Shown here: positions 10,765 to 19,422 of the stretch, in pieces
How positions within the stretch are numbered: position 1 is the stretch's first letter
Layout: each line of letters opens with the position of its first letter
Assembly: GCA_014435945.1 (NCBI GenBank)
Contig: GCA_014435945.1_4088.1
Reading direction: 5' to 3' (one strand)
DNA: 64,000 nucleotides
Source: a phage
Made by a program: the position numbers and the translations under genes
Notes under the pieces: generated by a model
What the model was told of the DNA's origin: nothing
What the model saw: only the letters and a program-made list of their open reading frames with translations
The model's database searches: none

Positions 10765-11913
10765 TCATTGTATAAATGACATATCTACTTCTGTATAATT
10801 AAGAACGTTCTGTCCAGAAATACCACCCATTACTACTATTGCAATGCCACAATAATATAATTTTCCAGTATCCGTAAGTATAAGTGAACCAGATGGACTG
10901 CGTACCAAATTACACGAAGTATTAAACGAAGTATATGAAGGAGTATAGGAGTACTGATTATTATTATTACCAACACCTAATTGCCCAAACCCATTCGATC
11001 CAGAAGCATATAGAACTTCATCTGCTTTGACAATATGTGATGCCATGTTACCAACACAAGTATATAGAGTATAAACTCCTGAACTCAATAATGTCGGAGT
11101 TTTATATTGTATATCTGTAGATGTAGAAGTACCACCTGTACCAAATTCGTTCCCATATTGTGCACCGAACTGTTTACCACAAGCGTACAAATTATTATCC
11201 GATTTGATAAAAAATGTACTCTGATAACTTACATTAAAATCTATAACATCCGAAGAAATCATCGTCACCCCAGTAATAGAAGTTTGATTACCCGTGCCCA
11301 ACTGGTAGTAATAGTTAAAACCACAACCCCATAAAGTATTATCTTCTCGCAAATAAATGTTACCAACTGCCTTTTTAACCGAAGTTATAGTATCTACTCT
11401 TTTGAATGTGTTAAAAGAATTAATGTTTGTGCCATCACCAAATGATGATATGTTCGATATATTGTTAGCTCCACAACAATACAATGTACCATCGTTTGTT
11501 ATCAAATTCACCTTCATATCATAAAAACTACTCATGTATTTTATATCAGAAACATTAATACCACTTGATGTTATCCACGTAGTACAGTCCGTCCACAAAG
11601 TTTTTCTATCAGTTACACCAGTGAATGCCTTCGTGTTACCAGTGATAAAAACTTTTCCAGTACCTTTCTCTTCATACAATTGACAATCACTACTGTTATC
11701 TTCCAATAGAACTCGTTTAACATTCTCCGCACAAAGAATAAATTTACTCGATGCTACACCTGTACCAGTACCCCAATTCGTCGCAGAAGATGCATACAAC
11801 TTATCAGTATAAGTATCATGAAGATACATAGAATCACTGGAATATATTTTAAAACGCCCTTCTTTCTCAGGTATAATATTCCCATAATCAAACATTCTAA
11901 CAAAAGGTAACAT
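10765..11913 (-). CDS. RCC1-like beta-propeller repeat protein, first array member
   Basis: Start moved to conserved ATG at 11913 (MLPFVRMFDYGN); SD AGGAGG. Confidence 0.72.
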   Translation of the reverse strand: MLPFVRMFDYGNIIPEKEGRFKIYSSDSMYLHDTYTDKLYASSATNWGTGTGVASSKFILCAENVKRVLLEDNSSDCQLYEEKGTGKVFITGNTKAFTGVTDRKTLWTDCTTWITSSGINVSDIKYMSSFYDMKVNLITNDGTLYCCGANNISNISSFGDGTNINSFNTFKRVDTITSVKKAVGNIYLREDNTLWGCGFNYYYQLGTGNQTSITGVTMISSDVIDFNVSYQSTFFIKSDNNLYACGKQFGAQYGNEFGTGGTSTSTDIQYKTPTLLSSGVYTLYTCVGNMASHIVKADEVLYASGSNGFGQLGVGNNNNQYSYTPSYTSFNTSCNLVRSPSGSLILTDTGKLYYCGIAIVVMGGISGQNVLNYTEVDMSFIQ

Positions 11914-11961
11914 ATTTCCTCCTTTATTCATTATATCATATTTACCCCATAAACAAAACCC

Positions 11962-11990
11962 TTGACATCCTTTCAGTACTGGTGTACTAT
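11962..11990 (+). promoter_or_regulatory. sigma70-like promoter for family A operon (TTGACA-N17-TACTAT)
   Basis: TTGACA 11962-11967, TACTAT 11985-11990, then SD AAGGAG and ATG 12016; divergent from RCC1 array. Confidence 0.55.
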
Positions 11991-12015
11991 AGAAGGAATA
12001 TAAGGAGAACTGTAC

Positions 12016-12243
12016 ATGACAACTACACTTAAGTACTACCTCAATACTCTAAATGAACTAGAGTACGCGAAGTTTCTCGCGGATAGTTCGTGGCTAATTG
12101 AGCTAAAAACACATAACAGTACTGGATGTAACCTTATGCTGAACAATGCACTTGATACCCTTGTAGTGAGTATTTTACACAGCAACATCTGCGGGGATAG
12201 CAATAAACAATTATCAAAAATCTTAGTACTGGTAGCTCTATGA
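12016..12243 (+). CDS. small protein, paralog family A
   Basis: 75 aa; SD AAGGAG; family-like N-term KYYLNTL. Confidence 0.6.
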   Translation: MTTTLKYYLNTLNELEYAKFLADSSWLIELKTHNSTGCNLMLNNALDTLVVSILHSNICGDSNKQLSKILVLVAL

Positions 12244-12452
12244 ACACTATGAACATTGAACAGTACTACATTGATGCACTACCAACAAAAGGTCTACGAG
12301 AAAGCCTACTGTATACACAAAATAATTATATAAACCTCAAACATTGTCCTAAACTCTTGAACTCGTACAGGAATAATAAAATAAGAAATGCTGTACAAGG
12401 GGTAGAAAGTATGCAATACTATTACATCCTAACCCTTTTAATCGAACACTAA
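12240..12452 (+). CDS. small protein, paralog family A
   Basis: 70 aa; overlaps upstream stop; QYYIDALP. Confidence 0.6.
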   Translation: MNTMNIEQYYIDALPTKGLRESLLYTQNNYINLKHCPKLLNSYRNNKIRNAVQGVESMQYYYILTLLIEH

Positions 12453-12453
12453 T

Positions 12454-12639
12454 ATGTATAAAGAATTCTACTGTAGTAAGCTGCACAAACAATACAGAGA
12501 TTCATTTCCCAATGAACCTATGGATATGAATAGTCCCTTTTATAAATTTGACTTCAGACTGGAGACACGTTATGCAATAGAACATCAATTTCCTGAAACT
12601 AAGTACTTATCTATCATGAACCTCATCTTTAAGTTCTAA
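12454..12639 (+). CDS. small protein, paralog family A
   Basis: 61 aa; MYKEFY N-term. Confidence 0.6.
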   Translation: MYKEFYCSKLHKQYRDSFPNEPMDMNSPFYKFDFRLETRYAIEHQFPETKYLSIMNLIFKF

Positions 12640-12650
12640 AAGAGTACTAT

Positions 12651-12863
12651 ATGAAAACTATGAACATACACCAGTACTACTTAGATATTCTCCCTAAAGA
12701 TGTACAGTTCATCCTTAAACAAGAATACAGTACTTTAAAAAACCTTAAAAGAACCGCACCGAATGTATTAATCCTGCACCAAGAAAATGTAGTTGATAAT
12801 ATTCTACAAGGTGTACCAGGGACCGAGTACTTTAACATAATAAGGCTAATTACATTACCATGA
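12651..12863 (+). CDS. small protein, paralog family A
   Basis: 70 aa; QYYLDILP; close paralog of 12240. Confidence 0.6.
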   Translation: MKTMNIHQYYLDILPKDVQFILKQEYSTLKNLKRTAPNVLILHQENVVDNILQGVPGTEYFNIIRLITLP

Positions 12864-13045
12864 ATCATATATTATACTATTACCAAAATCTATCCGACAG
12901 GGACAAGTACACCCACAACTCCAATGTATGGTACTACAAACGCGGTAGTATAAGAGACAAACAACATTACTTCTGTATTGCTATAAAAGAAGCACTAACA
13001 ACTAAGTACACGTACAGAGCAGTACTGAAACTTATTGATATGTAA
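12860..13045 (+). CDS. small protein, paralog family A
   Basis: 61 aa; C-term YRAVLKLIDM. Confidence 0.6.
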   Translation: MNHILYYYQNLSDRDKYTHNSNVWYYKRGSIRDKQHYFCIAIKEALTTKYTYRAVLKLIDM

Positions 13046-13055
13046 AGAGAATACT

Positions 13056-13238
13056 ATGAGCATTGAATTGTACTTAAGTAAATTACAGCCTGGCGATAGA
13101 TTCATCTACAATAAGTTCGAATTCAACTACAAGAACGGGAGCAACAAATATCGTCGAGGATACCTATATACAAGCACAAGAGATGCACAAAACGAAAAGT
13201 ACACATACAGAGAAGTACTTAAACTAATCTCTATTTGA
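13056..13238 (+). CDS. small protein, paralog family A
   Basis: Start moved to ATG 13056 (track start is TTG); C-term YREVLKLISI. Confidence 0.58.
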   Translation: MSIELYLSKLQPGDRFIYNKFEFNYKNGSNKYRRGYLYTSTRDAQNEKYTYREVLKLISI

Positions 13239-13246
13239 GGTAATAT

Positions 13247-13432
13247 ATGAACACATTTGAGTACTATACAAATAAACTATCTATGCCTGAAAGATCTCAT
13301 CTCTATGTGTGGAGAAATGCGTATAAAAGCGGCAATAAACTTATACAAAGAAATTCCCTTACAGTGTGTACAAATTTAATTAAAGCAGAGTACCGCACAT
13401 ATATTGAAGTACTCAAACTGATAGCAATATAA
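13247..13432 (+). CDS. small protein, paralog family A
   Basis: 61 aa; MNTFEYYTNKL. Confidence 0.6.
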   Translation: MNTFEYYTNKLSMPERSHLYVWRNAYKSGNKLIQRNSLTVCTNLIKAEYRTYIEVLKLIAI

Positions 13433-13440
13433 GGTACTCT

Positions 13441-13620
13441 ATGCAAGAATTCTATATCTATAACCTCCAGCACAAAGATAGATACAACTATAATAAATTC
13501 CAAAGGTACTACACAGTCGGGAACAAAAGAGATAAAAAACGTTATCTACTCTCGTGTACAGTAGAAGCACAAAACGAAAAGTACAGGTACAGAGAAGTAC
13601 TTAAACTAATCTCAATCTAA
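13441..13620 (+). CDS. small protein, paralog family A (59 aa, below track cutoff)
   Basis: Hand-translated MQEFYIYNL...YREVLKLISI; fills gap in array. Confidence 0.55.
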   Translation: MQEFYIYNLQHKDRYNYNKFQRYYTVGNKRDKKRYLLSCTVEAQNEKYRYREVLKLISI

Positions 13621-13627
13621 GGTAGAC

Positions 13628-13816
13628 ATGAACACTTTTGAGTACTACTTCAATAAACTAAACCACATAGAACAAAGTATGCACAACTCATTTATTCAGC
13701 ACCATCAATCATCTGCATCTGGAATTAAAAATATATCGATTGAGATTATAACTACCCGTGTACTGTCATCTGAACGTTATATGTATATTGATGTACTGAA
13801 ACTCATCTCTATGTAA
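13628..13816 (+). CDS. small protein, paralog family A
   Basis: 62 aa; MNTFEYYFNKL. Confidence 0.6.
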   Translation: MNTFEYYFNKLNHIEQSMHNSFIQHHQSSASGIKNISIEIITTRVLSSERYMYIDVLKLISM

Positions 13817-13824
13817 GGAATAAT

Positions 13825-14004
13825 ATGCAAGAATACTATATAGAACACATAAACATTAAAGACCGTTTCATGTACGACACCTTCGTGAAGTACTACAACC
13901 TGGCAACTAACAGTACTAAAAATATTAATCTCAATAGCTGCATTCATCACGCACTAACAAAAGATAATCCCTTCAGGGAAATCCTCGCTCTCGCATCTGT
14001 ATAA
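13825..14004 (+). CDS. small protein, paralog family A (59 aa, below track cutoff)
   Basis: Hand-translated MQEYYIEHI...; fills gap. Confidence 0.55.
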   Translation: MQEYYIEHINIKDRFMYDTFVKYYNLATNSTKNINLNSCIHHALTKDNPFREILALASV

Positions 14005-14014
14005 AGGAAACCAA

Positions 14015-14674
14015 ATGAAACTTAATGCACACAGCAAACAATACCTTAAGCACTTTAAGTACCTCAACAGTATTCAAGCAGAATCTTTTACATCTGCATA
14101 TACGTATCACCCAAATGTACTAAAGAAACGAAATAAAAAGAAAAAATCCAGAAATGTTCTCGTATCTAAGAACCTCAAATCGTACTTGAAGAAAAATAAT
14201 ATAGCTCTTGCTTTTATTAATATCTATAATACTGATTTAAAAGTATTGAGTACTAATACCAGCACAAAAGCACTAAAGAATGCATCTATCTATATACACA
14301 TGGATAATATCCCGTGTACTATAATTCTATCTTTCGGGAATGTATACTTCTTCGGGAATTGTAATAGCACCCATGATATCAGTACTGCACAATTCCAAAT
14401 CGGAGATATGTACTGCATGGGTTCAGAAAAAATACACGATAACATGCACTTCTTCCAAAAGCAACGTACTAACGAAACTGATACAGTACTGCAATTCCTC
14501 AAAGAACTACAAAACAAAGAATTAACACCAGAAGAAGAATTCATGTACAGTACTGTAATCGATAATCCAGAACTCTATAAAAACGCGTACAAACTAACAA
14601 AACATGTACAGGAACTTATCAGTACTGATAAGAAATTTCATAACCTCATTACGTATATTACAAACTATGTATAA
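14015..14674 (+). CDS. hypothetical protein (219 aa) inserted in family A array
   Basis: ORF with lysine-rich stretch KKRNKKKKSRN; no family A signature. Confidence 0.55.
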   Translation: MKLNAHSKQYLKHFKYLNSIQAESFTSAYTYHPNVLKKRNKKKKSRNVLVSKNLKSYLKKNNIALAFINIYNTDLKVLSTNTSTKALKNASIYIHMDNIPCTIILSFGNVYFFGNCNSTHDISTAQFQIGDMYCMGSEKIHDNMHFFQKQRTNETDTVLQFLKELQNKELTPEEEFMYSTVIDNPELYKNAYKLTKHVQELISTDKKFHNLITYITNYV

Positions 14675-14849
14675 AGAATACTACAAAGATAAAATCCCAA
14701 TGCATCTACAACACCATATACCAAACGTTGCATTGGGTATCAAAGATCACACAAAGATAATGTTCCAACAATGTACTAAGTACACGCTCATATACGATGA
14801 TAATCCATATATGCTGTACTACGTAGTAATGCTAACATTCAGGTACTAA
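14667..14849 (+). CDS. small protein, paralog family A
   Basis: Start moved to ATG 14667 (MYKEYYKDKIP), overlapping upstream stop. Confidence 0.58.
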   Translation: MYKEYYKDKIPMHLQHHIPNVALGIKDHTKIMFQQCTKYTLIYDDNPYMLYYVVMLTFRY

Positions 14850-14850
14850 T

Positions 14851-15030
14851 ATGCACAAATATAAAGAATTCTACCTCTCGTACCTTAATTCCGATATAGT
14901 AACATCCAATACATTCAGTACTAAAATTATCTATAATGAAGTAATGAAAGAATGTATTAAAGGTGCTATTAACCCTAAAGATACGTATGACTTGTACTAT
15001 GCAGTACTAACCCTTGTTTTCACGAAATAA
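14851..15030 (+). CDS. small protein, paralog family A (59 aa)
   Basis: Hand-translated MHKYKEFYLSYL... Confidence 0.55.
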   Translation: MHKYKEFYLSYLNSDIVTSNTFSTKIIYNEVMKECIKGAINPKDTYDLYYAVLTLVFTK

Positions 15031-15038
15031 CACATAAT

Positions 15039-15230
15039 ATGAATAACCACAAAGAATACTACATAGAGAAACTCCCAATGTATCTACAACACCTTGTACC
15101 AACAGAACCATTGCGTATAGAAAAAGACTACGAAAAAGACTATTTCATTAAGTGCACTAAATCCTCGATAGATATTGAGGACTATAATAGAGTACTGTAT
15201 CACATCCTTTTACTAATATATAAGTACTAA
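15039..15230 (+). CDS. small protein, paralog family A
   Basis: 63 aa; MNNHKEYYIEKLP. Confidence 0.6.
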   Translation: MNNHKEYYIEKLPMYLQHLVPTEPLRIEKDYEKDYFIKCTKSSIDIEDYNRVLYHILLLIYKY

Positions 15231-15240
15231 AGAGAACAAT

Positions 15241-15429
15241 ATGAATAACCACAAAGAATACTACACACAATTTCTCCCCAGCATTTTTGAACACTACGCC
15301 AGATATAAAGTCCCCCTGGATAACGATTTGGCAGTACTGGGATTCAATAATTGCATAGAACGCAGTATAGAAAATAGTAGTAGCTATGACCAATTATATA
15401 ACACTATCCTACTTATATTCAGGTACTAA
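15241..15429 (+). CDS. small protein, paralog family A
   Basis: 62 aa; MNNHKEYYTQFLP. Confidence 0.6.
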   Translation: MNNHKEYYTQFLPSIFEHYARYKVPLDNDLAVLGFNNCIERSIENSSSYDQLYNTILLIFRY

Positions 15430-15430
15430 T

Positions 15431-15619
15431 ATGCATAAAGAATACTACACAAAATATTTCCCAATGTACCTCAGTACTAATCTATTAGATAAACCTCGCG
15501 GTATCAATGCACAAAACGATAAAGTGTACTTTACTATGTGCACTAAAGCATGTATACTAGATTTTGATAGCTATCATCGAGTACTATACCACACTCTGTA
15601 CCTCGCGTTCGTGTACTAA
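15431..15619 (+). CDS. small protein, paralog family A
   Basis: Start moved to ATG 15431 (MHKEYYTKYFP). Confidence 0.58.
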   Translation: MHKEYYTKYFPMYLSTNLLDKPRGINAQNDKVYFTMCTKACILDFDSYHRVLYHTLYLAFVY

Positions 15620-15629
15620 AGAGGCCAAT

Positions 15630-15836
15630 ATGAACGAACAGAAAGAATTTTACACCAAATACCTCAGCAACGAAGAACAATTGTTTCTAAGGAGTGTATC
15701 ACCTTTAAGTTTAGATACACCACACGCCAGACATTGCTTTAATAATTGTATACGTAGTACTCTAGAAGCTTTAGAAAACAATAACAAAAAGATTCAGTAC
15801 TCAGGTGTAATAGGACTAATATTCTTCTATGAATAA
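15630..15836 (+). CDS. small protein, paralog family A
   Basis: Start moved to ATG 15630 (MNEQKEFYTKYL). Confidence 0.58.
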   Translation: MNEQKEFYTKYLSNEEQLFLRSVSPLSLDTPHARHCFNNCIRSTLEALENNNKKIQYSGVIGLIFFYE

Positions 15837-16008
15837 CTATAAAGAATTCTACATAAGCCATCTGGATATAAACTCCCAAATGCTTATACCACTAAAACCA
15901 ATAGATTTCAAGGATAAGAAAAATACCCAACAATTTATTGACCATACTGACTGTGCGGTGAACCAAAATTATATGTACTACATTCTCGCCCTAATATACA
16001 GGTACTAA
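15829..16008 (+). CDS. small protein, paralog family A (59 aa)
   Basis: Hand-translated MNNYKEFYISHL...LIYRY. Confidence 0.55.
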   Translation: MNNYKEFYISHLDINSQMLIPLKPIDFKDKKNTQQFIDHTDCAVNQNYMYYILALIYRY

Positions 16009-16009
16009 T

Positions 16010-16195
16010 ATGCATAGAGAATACTACACACAATTTGTTAAAGGGAACTACAAACACGCCGTCCCCGTAAACCCCTTAAATTCTAATGACCCAAGTACTA
16101 TATTCTTGTTCCATGACGCAATACGTACAGTACTCAATACTAAAGATGAACAGGTGCAGTACGTATTCTTACTTTTACTTATATACAGACACTAA
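16010..16195 (+). CDS. small protein, paralog family A
   Basis: 61 aa; MHREYYTQF. Confidence 0.6.
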   Translation: MHREYYTQFVKGNYKHAVPVNPLNSNDPSTIFLFHDAIRTVLNTKDEQVQYVFLLLLIYRH

Positions 16196-16200
16196 CTAAT

Positions 16201-16410
16201 ATGAATAATGAACATAAAGAATTCTATTCCAAACACCTCAGCCAATCAGAACAAATGTTTCTAAGGACTACACCACCTTTAAGTACTAATACATATTTCG
16301 GCAGAGTATGCTACAATAATTGTATTCAAATGACTTTAAACGCAAACGCCAATGGTAACAGTACTAACCTGTACTCAGGCATCATAGGTATACTATTTCT
16401 ATATGAATAA
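16201..16410 (+). CDS. small protein, paralog family A
   Basis: 69 aa; close paralog of 15630. Confidence 0.6.
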   Translation: MNNEHKEFYSKHLSQSEQMFLRTTPPLSTNTYFGRVCYNNCIQMTLNANANGNSTNLYSGIIGILFLYE

Positions 16411-16585
16411 AGAACATAAAGACTTCTATATAAGAAAACTAACATTCGTCCCCGTAAGAATATACAAAGAATGCGACCCAAGATTATACCTATGGCACTT
16501 CAATGAGTGCATAAAAGATTCTATATACCCTAAGAACTATAAAGAACAATTGATCTCAGTACTAACACTAGTACTATCATATTAA
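16403..16585 (+). CDS. small protein, paralog family A
   Basis: 60 aa; MNKEHKDFYIRKL. Confidence 0.6.
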   Translation: MNKEHKDFYIRKLTFVPVRIYKECDPRLYLWHFNECIKDSIYPKNYKEQLISVLTLVLSY

Positions 16586-16598
16586 TAGAGATAATACT

Positions 16599-16781
16599 AT
16601 GTATAAAGACTTCTATATAAGTAAACTAAAAGAAAACGAACAAGCATGGGTTAACAATTTAATCCCCTTGGCAATGACTCAATACGAATTTAATATGTGT
16701 ACAAAGATTGTTTTAACTACTAATGATATCTCTAATACGTACTACTTCCTAGTAAGAGTACTATATGGTACTTTGAAATAA
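16599..16781 (+). CDS. small protein, paralog family A
   Basis: 60 aa; MYKDFYISKL. Confidence 0.6.
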   Translation: MYKDFYISKLKENEQAWVNNLIPLAMTQYEFNMCTKIVLTTNDISNTYYFLVRVLYGTLK

Positions 16782-16792
16782 TAAGGTATACT

Positions 16793-16999
16793 ATGCAGAA
16801 CATAAAAAATTATAAAGAGTACTATATAAGTAAACTACCACCGACTGACCAAGCATGGATTAGATCTATAATAGTACTTGCATTTAATAGATATGCATTT
16901 AACAGATGTACCGAGATTGCTATAGACCCTTATAATATTAAAGAGAATGTACAGCATAATCAGTACTACTATATGTTAATGCTTATATATAGGAAGTAA
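16793..16999 (+). CDS. small protein, paralog family A (last member)
   Basis: 68 aa; KEYYISKLPPTDQAW. Confidence 0.6.
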   Translation: MQNIKNYKEYYISKLPPTDQAWIRSIIVLAFNRYAFNRCTEIAIDPYNIKENVQHNQYYYMLMLIYRK

Positions 17000-17122
17000 T
17001 TCAACATATAGACAGGGGAAGCTCCGCAGGGAAAGCATTGGACAGGCTTTAACATATGTTATATATGTTAAAATTCAGCCTGGACAAATGCGATCACTAG
17101 GATTCTCCCCAGGCTAAACCCC

Positions 17123-17410
17123 GTAATCATATGTAGTCATAAGTAATCATATATAAACATTTAAGTAATCATTTATAATCACAGTAGTGATCAGTAGTGA
17201 GTACTAGAGTGTAATAGAGTGTAATAGAGTACAGGAATGTGCACGTTTAATCAAGAACGTAGCAGTACTGCCCCAAAAGTATTCAGTACTGAAGGTGTCG
17301 ATATGCCACTAAGTAGGCAGAGGAAGTCTGCCGTACTTTGTAGTTTCCAAGCTCCTTTTCCATTTTGCAAATTACATCAAATGTAATCAAAAGTAATCAC
17401 GCAATGATTA
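17123..17410. repeat. Cluster of short direct repeats (GTAATCA units; AGTGTAATAGAG x2; AGTAGTGA x2)
   Basis: Read directly; non-coding. Confidence 0.5.
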
Positions 17411-17676
17411 GTACTGAATTATTACTTTCACCTTAATTACAATTACCCTTTTACCCTTCGGGGTAAAATTCCATTACCCCTTGAGGCTCCAGCAAAAAGT
17501 TGGTTAGTACTCCATCCTAAATCTCGATCCTAAAAATTTTGGAGTACCTATGAAATAAAAGTTGGATCTTCGAAAGTTGAAATTTACGTTGGGACGTTTA
17601 TGATTTGTGGGATATAATGATGTTTGTAGTCGGGTAGTTCTCAAGAATATCAGTACTGAATGGTGAAAGAAAGTTA

Positions 17677-17704
17677 TTGACATTATGATTCAGTACTGTA
17701 TAAT
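17677..17704 (+). promoter_or_regulatory. Orphan sigma70-like promoter (TTGACA-N16-TATAAT) with no downstream ORF
   Basis: Downstream about 100 nt contains two CCUCCU tracts; candidate small RNA. Confidence 0.4.
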
Positions 17705-18105
17705 GTTCTACATAGAGAGATGAGTTGCTGCGAACAATTCATTTACTCTACCTCCTGTCGTGAGACAGTACAGAAAAGATAGTTCCTCCTATTGGTGGTG
17801 CATCTTTTTGAACCTCATATGAAAATCGTAATAACAGTACTGATATTAACAGAATGGTATTAGTACTGATTTTAATCTAAAGCATTATGCCACCAGCTTG
17901 TGCTGGTGGATTCCCTCTAACAGTATTCAGTACTACATGATGGTCTTCATCCTCCTAGGGTAACATAGTGAGGGCTATGATGGCAGTACTGAATACTCCT
18001 TTCACAAGATAGATCTATGGTATAGTACTGACGGATTTTGGGCGTAGTTACCCTGGGTGGATTTTGGACGTAGATATGTCTAGCCCTCCAGAAGTCTGGA
18101 AGTAA

Positions 18106-18222
18106 AGATGGCTATCCATCTAGACGGCTAAACGGCTAGATTTCTAGATGGCTGTATGGCTAGACGTTTGGACGGCTAAACGGCTAGATGGTTACACGTC
18201 TGGATGTATAGACGGCTAAATC
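18106..18222. repeat. Iteron-like direct repeats (ACGGCTAAACGGCTAGA / GGCTAGA units) followed by AT-rich tract
   Basis: gacggctaaacggctagat occurs twice, plus related tagatggct/tagacg units; candidate origin or packaging site. Confidence 0.5.
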
Positions 18223-19005
18223 AAAATTTTTATTTTGTTTTTTCCAATAGTTCCCCTACCGCGTGGGGATAGTTTCCCCGCAGTATCTGGAGTTAGATTT
18301 TTCTGAATCTGGAATCATTATCCCCGTTTTAGCCTGGTATGTCAACCGCCTGGATGAATATTTTTAAAAAATAATCTAGTACTGAATTTTGGGCGTAACT
18401 ATGCACCCGGTGGGCTTGAGTCTTTCTCGACTTGATGGAACTATTATACAGTACTGGAAAAATAAAGCAATACCCTGGAAGCAAAAAAGTTTTAATTAAT
18501 TTGCTTGCTATCCTGGGCCGGACTATGGTACTATATTTCAGTACTGAGAAAGTGCGTTTACCTGCTAGGGTGCGGGAGTGTATCCTTTTTAAATTTACTG
18601 AATTTTGGGCGTAATTCCGCACCCCCAGGGGTATCCGCTTTCTCGCGTCTATGTAGTAATTATACGCTTTTTCGGTGCTGAGTCAATAGCTAAAAACAAA
18701 ATAATTGAAAATAATTTAACGCGTTTAAACGGCCCGTAAAGCCCTGGTTAGCTGGTGGCGGTGCAAATGTATAGCTTAGGTGTATTAATGCGTTAGAATG
18801 CGATTGAGGACGTTTTACGGGGTATAGTACTGATTCAGTACTGAAAGATTGTTCTCCCTGGATTGTTCCAGTACTCCTATATAGAAAGAAAACTATTTTA
18901 AAAGTATTTGTAGAAAGTACTTGCAAAGTATTGGGAAAGGTGTAGAATGTTTTACATCGAGACGGGGGATACGCTCCCGACTCACTTTTAAAAGAGATTA
19001 AAACG

Positions 19006-19368
19006 ATGGCGACTCAAATCAATACTATCATGCTTAACCTGGTTTCTTTCCGTGAAGAGATGAAAGATCTTCCCGCTGAGACTGTACGGATTCACATTGC
19101 AGCTTATCGGGAATTGATTGCAATGCTGCCGCTTAAGCGTGAACAGTACGCCGCTACTGCAATGCTGGACGCAATGATACATAAGATGATCCAGACTGAT
19201 TTAACGATGGCTTATCAGTACATGGGCGAAATGTTTGCAGTGTATAGCAAGCCAGTACCAGGAATGGAAAGTACAGAAGTATTACACGGCTTAAACTTAA
19301 AACAAGATGCATGGGATAATATGCCTCGTTTCCTGGTATGGGCTGATAGTGGAAAGATTTACGAATAA
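19006..19368 (+). CDS. hypothetical protein
   Basis: 120 aa; upstream TTGCAA..TAGAAT promoter and leader hairpin. Confidence 0.6.
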   Translation: MATQINTIMLNLVSFREEMKDLPAETVRIHIAAYRELIAMLPLKREQYAATAMLDAMIHKMIQTDLTMAYQYMGEMFAVYSKPVPGMESTEVLHGLNLKQDAWDNMPRFLVWADSGKIYE

Positions 19369-19382
19369 GTTTTTAAAAGTAC

Positions 19383-19410
19383 TTGCAAAGTAAGTTTAAA
19401 GGCGTATAAT
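19383..19410 (+). promoter_or_regulatory. sigma70-like promoter (TTGCAA-N16-TATAAT), class I
   Basis: Consensus repeated before many early genes. Confidence 0.6.
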
Positions 19411-19422
19411 ACTTTACATCAG

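Noticed and set aside
1429-11334. Plus-strand and alternative-frame ORFs inside the RCC1 gene bodies (e.g. 1429-1680, 1696-2286, 4978-5202, 7893-8093, 9668-9925, 10397-10666, 11107-11334)
   Set aside because: They are fully embedded in longer, family-supported minus-strand genes, have no SD or promoter context, and read as shadow ORFs of compositionally biased sequence.
18329-19182. ORFs in the 17-19 kb non-coding region (18329-18622 minus, 18432-18614 plus, 18690-18926 minus, 18988-19182 minus)
   Set aside because: No SD or promoter context; they overlap each other and the repeat/hairpin elements; the region looks non-coding.
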